Shown: positions 28,848 to 32,000 of the stretch, one piece after another
Layout of the letters: each line of letters opens with the position of its first letter
How positions within the stretch are numbered: the first letter of the stretch is position 1
Program-made: the position numbers and the translations under genes
Notes under the pieces: generated by a model
What the model saw: only the letters and a program-made list of their open reading frames with translations
Database searches by the model: none
Told to the model about the DNA's origin: nothing
NCBI RefSeq assembly: GCF_000341395.1
Contig: NC_020304.1
Span: 3,330,001 to 3,362,000, forward strand
Length of the DNA: 32,000 nucleotides
Source of the DNA: Desulfocapsa sulfexigens DSM 10523
Lineage (GTDB): Bacteria; Desulfobacterota; Desulfobulbia; Desulfobulbales; Desulfocapsaceae
Reading direction: 5' to 3'

Positions 28848-29063
28848 ATGAGCAACGTAGATACCAAACAAACTGTCAAAACAACCGTACACGAAGCCGT
28901 TAACACTGACAGCGAACTCTACAAAGTCGGAACTGTTGTAACCGCAGCCTTTGCTGGTGGGATTGGACTCTGGGCTGTTATCTGTCTCTCTTCAGCCTTC
29001 ATGTCAGAAGGCCCCGTGGCTCTGTTAAAAAGCCTTTTTGGAGCGGTATCCGGAACAATGTAG
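28848..29063 (+). CDS. Small single-TM protein, paralog 4
   Basis: ...NTDSELYKVGTVVTAAFAGGIGLWAVICLSSAFMSEGPVALLKSLFGAVSGTM; shares DSELYKVG...TAAFA...CLSSA...LK.L with paralog 3. Confidence 0.83.
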   Translation: MSNVDTKQTVKTTVHEAVNTDSELYKVGTVVTAAFAGGIGLWAVICLSSAFMSEGPVALLKSLFGAVSGTM

Positions 29064-29116
29064 CATGTGTATGTAAAAATATGCTAAGCTCTCTTAGCTT
29101 CAAAGATATTTTAAAA

Positions 29117-29148
29117 GCCAGGGATATTTGTATCCCTGGCTTTTTTTT
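29117..29148 (+). terminator. Strong Rho-independent terminator closing the small-protein operon
   Basis: GCCAGGGATA-TTTG-TATCCCTGGC perfect 10-bp stem followed by TTTTTTTT. Confidence 0.93.
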
Positions 29149-29176
29149 GACTTATACCTGCATATACCTGTATAAT
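29147..29176 (+). promoter_or_regulatory. Putative sigma70-type promoter for ftsH-like gene
   Basis: TTGACT (29147-29152) - 18 nt - TATAAT (29171-29176). Confidence 0.5.
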
Positions 29177-29253
29177 CATTCGGTGCCAGATAGGGCACAA
29201 TTTTATCTTTTTTTAGTAACTAGCTACATCATGCTTTTCATTTAAGGAACATA

Positions 29254-31125
29254 ATGGCGATATTGATTCGAAACCTGTTTGTCTTTTTTCTTTTTACTGT
29301 AATCCTTGGCGGAAGCTATGGCCTATGGATACTCGAACACCAATTGCGCACAGTATCTTATAGCGAATTTCGTTATTGCCTTGCTAATCATGATTTGAAA
29401 TCCACCACCTTTACCGGCAACAAAGTTATCGCTACCCATAAGAGTGGTGACAGTTATGAGACTACAGTCCCAAATGCTGAAAAACTTATTTCTGAGCTGC
29501 AGGATAAAAATATCCAGATTATTTTCAAAAAAGATCGATCGGAGCAGATTTTCCAAGCTATTGCAATTATCTATGTCATTCTTTTGCTTCTCACTGTTAT
29601 AATCTCCTTGAGCAGGAAAAAGAAAACAGAGGAGGAAGAAAATAAGTTTGCCTCAGACAAACTTATTCTCCCTGATGGGAGCCATAAACAAGTGACTTTC
29701 GACGATGTAGCAGGTATCCCCGAGGCACTTGAGGAGCTTCAGGAGGTTGTCAATTTCCTGAAAGATCCTGAACAATATAGTCAGATTGGAGCGGTGAGTC
29801 CAAAAGGCGTGTTACTTCAAGGACCTCCTGGAACCGGGAAAACGCTTCTTGCCAGAGCCATTGCTGGGGAGGCAAAGGTTCCTTTTTACAGTTTCAGCGG
29901 TTCTGATTTTGTAGAAATGTTTGTTGGAGTAGGAGCATCAAGGGTTCGTGATATTTTCAAGGAAGCCAAGAGCAATGCACCATGTATTATTTTTATTGAT
30001 GAAATAGATGCAGTTGGTGGTAGCCGTGCTGGAGGAAGCACGGCCAGTGGCCAGGACGAAAGAAGCCAGACCTTGAATGCACTCCTGGTCGAAATGGATG
30101 GATTTTCGTCTACTGACACCATTATAGTGCTTGCAGCAACCAATAGACCAGATATCCTGGATCCAGCCCTGAGACGTCCAGGTCGTTTTGACAGACAGGT
30201 CAACATCCTGCCACCTGACATCAAGGGCAGAAAACGAATCCTTAAGGTTCACAGTGCCAAAGTTGCTCTTGCCCCTGAAATCAACCTCGACAAAATTGCT
30301 CATATGGTTCCCGGTTTTACTGGTGCAGAGCTGGCAAATCTTGTCAACGAAGCGGCCCTGATGGCTGCAAGAGAGCAAAAGAAAGTTGTTAGCCATCAAC
30401 ATTTTGAGCAGGCCAGAGATCGCATACTTATGGGGGTTGAACGAAAGGGGAGAATAATGTCCGACGCTGATCGAGAGATTCTTGCCTACCATGAGGCAGG
30501 TCACGCAATTGTTGCCAAAACCCTACCCGACGCTGACCCAATCCACAAAATAACCATCATCCCTCGTGGCCAGGCACTTGGCCAGACGCAGCAATTATCC
30601 ATTAACGATAGAAGCAGTTATAACTTCAACTACCTGCGCAGTAGAATTGTTATTTTGATGGGTGGCAGAGCAGCAGAAGAGATTGCATTTGGACAACGTA
30701 CTACAGGCGCCCAGGGGGACATTGTTCAAGCCACTGAAATTGCGACCAACATGATCTGCAAGTGGGGAATGAGCGATGTAATAGGTCCGCAGGCCATGGT
30801 AATAGATAACGCAGGATTCCTTGGAGGCTCATCGCACCGTGTTGAAATGAGTGACAGGACATCGGAAGCAATTGACAAGGAGATAAAAAATCTCCTGGCG
30901 TCCTGCCACGATGAAGCAGTAGTAATCATCAAAGAACAATACTACCTTCTCAAACAGCTTGCAGCCATACTCCTTGAGGTTGAAACCCTGGATGATGAGG
31001 AGTTCAACATCATCATGTCCTGTCAATTTAAGGAAAAAATTGCTGCAGGAATAAAAGAAACTCACGAGTGTGAAACCTGCCCTGCAGCTGACAGATGTAT
31101 TCATTCAAAGCTGAAGAAGGACTAG
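29254..31125 (+). CDS. ftsH: FtsH-like ATP-dependent zinc metalloprotease
   Basis: N-terminal TM plus second TM; AAA+ 'PKGVLLQGPPGTGKTLLARAIAGEAKVPFYSFSGSDFVEMFVGVGASRVRDIF'; 'DEIDAVGG'; 'NRPDILDPALRRPGRFDRQV'; zinc site 'YHEAGHAIVA'. Unusual Cys-rich C-terminus. Confidence 0.93.
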   Translation: MAILIRNLFVFFLFTVILGGSYGLWILEHQLRTVSYSEFRYCLANHDLKSTTFTGNKVIATHKSGDSYETTVPNAEKLISELQDKNIQIIFKKDRSEQIFQAIAIIYVILLLLTVIISLSRKKKTEEEENKFASDKLILPDGSHKQVTFDDVAGIPEALEELQEVVNFLKDPEQYSQIGAVSPKGVLLQGPPGTGKTLLARAIAGEAKVPFYSFSGSDFVEMFVGVGASRVRDIFKEAKSNAPCIIFIDEIDAVGGSRAGGSTASGQDERSQTLNALLVEMDGFSSTDTIIVLAATNRPDILDPALRRPGRFDRQVNILPPDIKGRKRILKVHSAKVALAPEINLDKIAHMVPGFTGAELANLVNEAALMAAREQKKVVSHQHFEQARDRILMGVERKGRIMSDADREILAYHEAGHAIVAKTLPDADPIHKITIIPRGQALGQTQQLSINDRSSYNFNYLRSRIVILMGGRAAEEIAFGQRTTGAQGDIVQATEIATNMICKWGMSDVIGPQAMVIDNAGFLGGSSHRVEMSDRTSEAIDKEIKNLLASCHDEAVVIIKEQYYLLKQLAAILLEVETLDDEEFNIIMSCQFKEKIAAGIKETHECETCPAADRCIHSKLKKD

Positions 31126-31135
31126 GATAAAGAAA

Positions 31136-32000
31136 ATGCGGTCCTTAAAAAAAATGAGCTACCTCGTTTTCATGGGGGTAGCCCTTCTCCTCCTGTTGGT
31201 GATCATCTTCATTGTTCGCCAGTATCAACTGTCAGAACAATACGACACCATCATAACACAAAGCGAGAAGATGGTCTTTCAACTGCTGACGATACGGGAA
31301 CAACTCACCACTTCCCTTATCAAACAGGATTGGAAAGCCATCGCCACAACTGCAAACCAACTTGAAGATCTCAACTCTTCCATCGCAAGACTTCAGGAAA
31401 ATCCATTGATCCCAGGTGAGTTCAGACTTGGAATGGCACATCAAGTAGATGTCTCCGGTATAGCTATCGCTTCAAGAGAAATACTTTCAAGTTCTGACAA
31501 GCTTACAAACAGTCTTGTACTACAAGACAAGATGCGCAGTCTCACAGAATATCTTCTTCAGTTTGACCGTATTATAGGAAGTCAAATGCGTGCAAAAGTT
31601 GTGGCTTTCCAGACGGTAATGATAGGCGCACTTGGTGTGATCATTTGCCTAATAAGTTTTTCTCTTATTCTGCTCTACAAAAAGGCTTTAATCCCCCTCC
31701 TCCACCTTAAAAGACAAACCACGGACAACGATGTCATCAGCACTGGATTTCTGTATGACAAAAGCACCTGCTCAGAAATTACCATTTTTGTTGATTCTGT
31801 AAACTCACTACTCGATCAAATGAAAAACAGATCAGCAACTCAGGAACTTCCCCACACACTCAGCGATGAACTTGCTTCTATTATCAATGAAAGCAATAAT
31901 ATATCAAATGGAATCATCAATTATGCTCAATTGTTAAAGGATTCCTACCGTGAGGTTGAGATGGGAAATGAGGAGATGAAAATCCTCCAGAATATTATCG
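31136..32000 (+). CDS. Membrane-anchored kinase-like signalling protein, truncated by window end (degenerate HisKA)
   Basis: ORF open to window edge: MRSLKKMSYLVFMGVALLLLLVIIFIVRQYQLSEQYDTIITQSEKMV...TVMIGALGVIICLISFSLILLYKKALIPLLHLK...ELASIINESNNISNGIINYAQLLKDSYREVEMGNEEMKILQNII. Two TMs flank a periplasmic helical sensor. Confidence 0.75.
   Translation, partial: MRSLKKMSYLVFMGVALLLLLVIIFIVRQYQLSEQYDTIITQSEKMVFQLLTIREQLTTSLIKQDWKAIATTANQLEDLNSSIARLQENPLIPGEFRLGMAHQVDVSGIAIASREILSSSDKLTNSLVLQDKMRSLTEYLLQFDRIIGSQMRAKVVAFQTVMIGALGVIICLISFSLILLYKKALIPLLHLKRQTTDNDVISTGFLYDKSTCSEITIFVDSVNSLLDQMKNRSATQELPHTLSDELASIINESNNISNGIINYAQLLKDSYREVEMGNEEMKILQNII

Noticed and set aside
28044-29063. Small ORFs as double-glycine-leader bacteriocins
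   Set aside because: The GG in 'SSGGP' lies after the hydrophobic segment rather than at a leader cleavage site, is absent in paralogs 3 and 4, and no ABC peptidase/transporter or immunity gene is present.

Overview
This window looks chromosomal and most resembles a sulfate-reducing / Desulfobulbaceae-like delta-proteobacterium; that placement is inferred from gene content only. No tRNA, rRNA, CRISPR array, transposon or phage was seen. Housekeeping and general genes are purD (partial), a FadR-like TetR regulator, greA, a large TPR/beta-barrel outer-membrane protein, a DegT-family aminotransferase, rpoH, lepA, a Cys-rich protein, engB, hisG, hisI, a small Cys-rich ORF missing from the ORF track, and an FKBP-type PPIase. 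A chemosensory cluster follows (hybrid cheA-REC, cheW, cheB, cheR, response regulator), then a secreted two-block pentapeptide-repeat protein on the minus strand. The most interesting stretch is about 21.6-29.1 kb. It holds a Tat-type 4Fe-4S ferredoxin, a six-heme cytochrome c and an NrfD membrane protein, followed by a histidine kinase and a sigma54-activating response regulator. Downstream is a sigma54-type promoter feeding four paralogous ~70-aa single-TM proteins. A near-identical 20-bp operator-like element (GTGTTGC-N4-xxGTTGC, 18/20 identical) lies both upstream of the redox operon (21601) and at the end of the regulator gene (27763). Two further copies in the opposite orientation lie next to the second one. 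This suggests one two-component regulon linking an electron-transfer module to a family of small membrane proteins. Downstream are a divergent FtsH with a Cys-rich tail and a truncated kinase-like gene whose phospho-acceptor His appears replaced by Asn.
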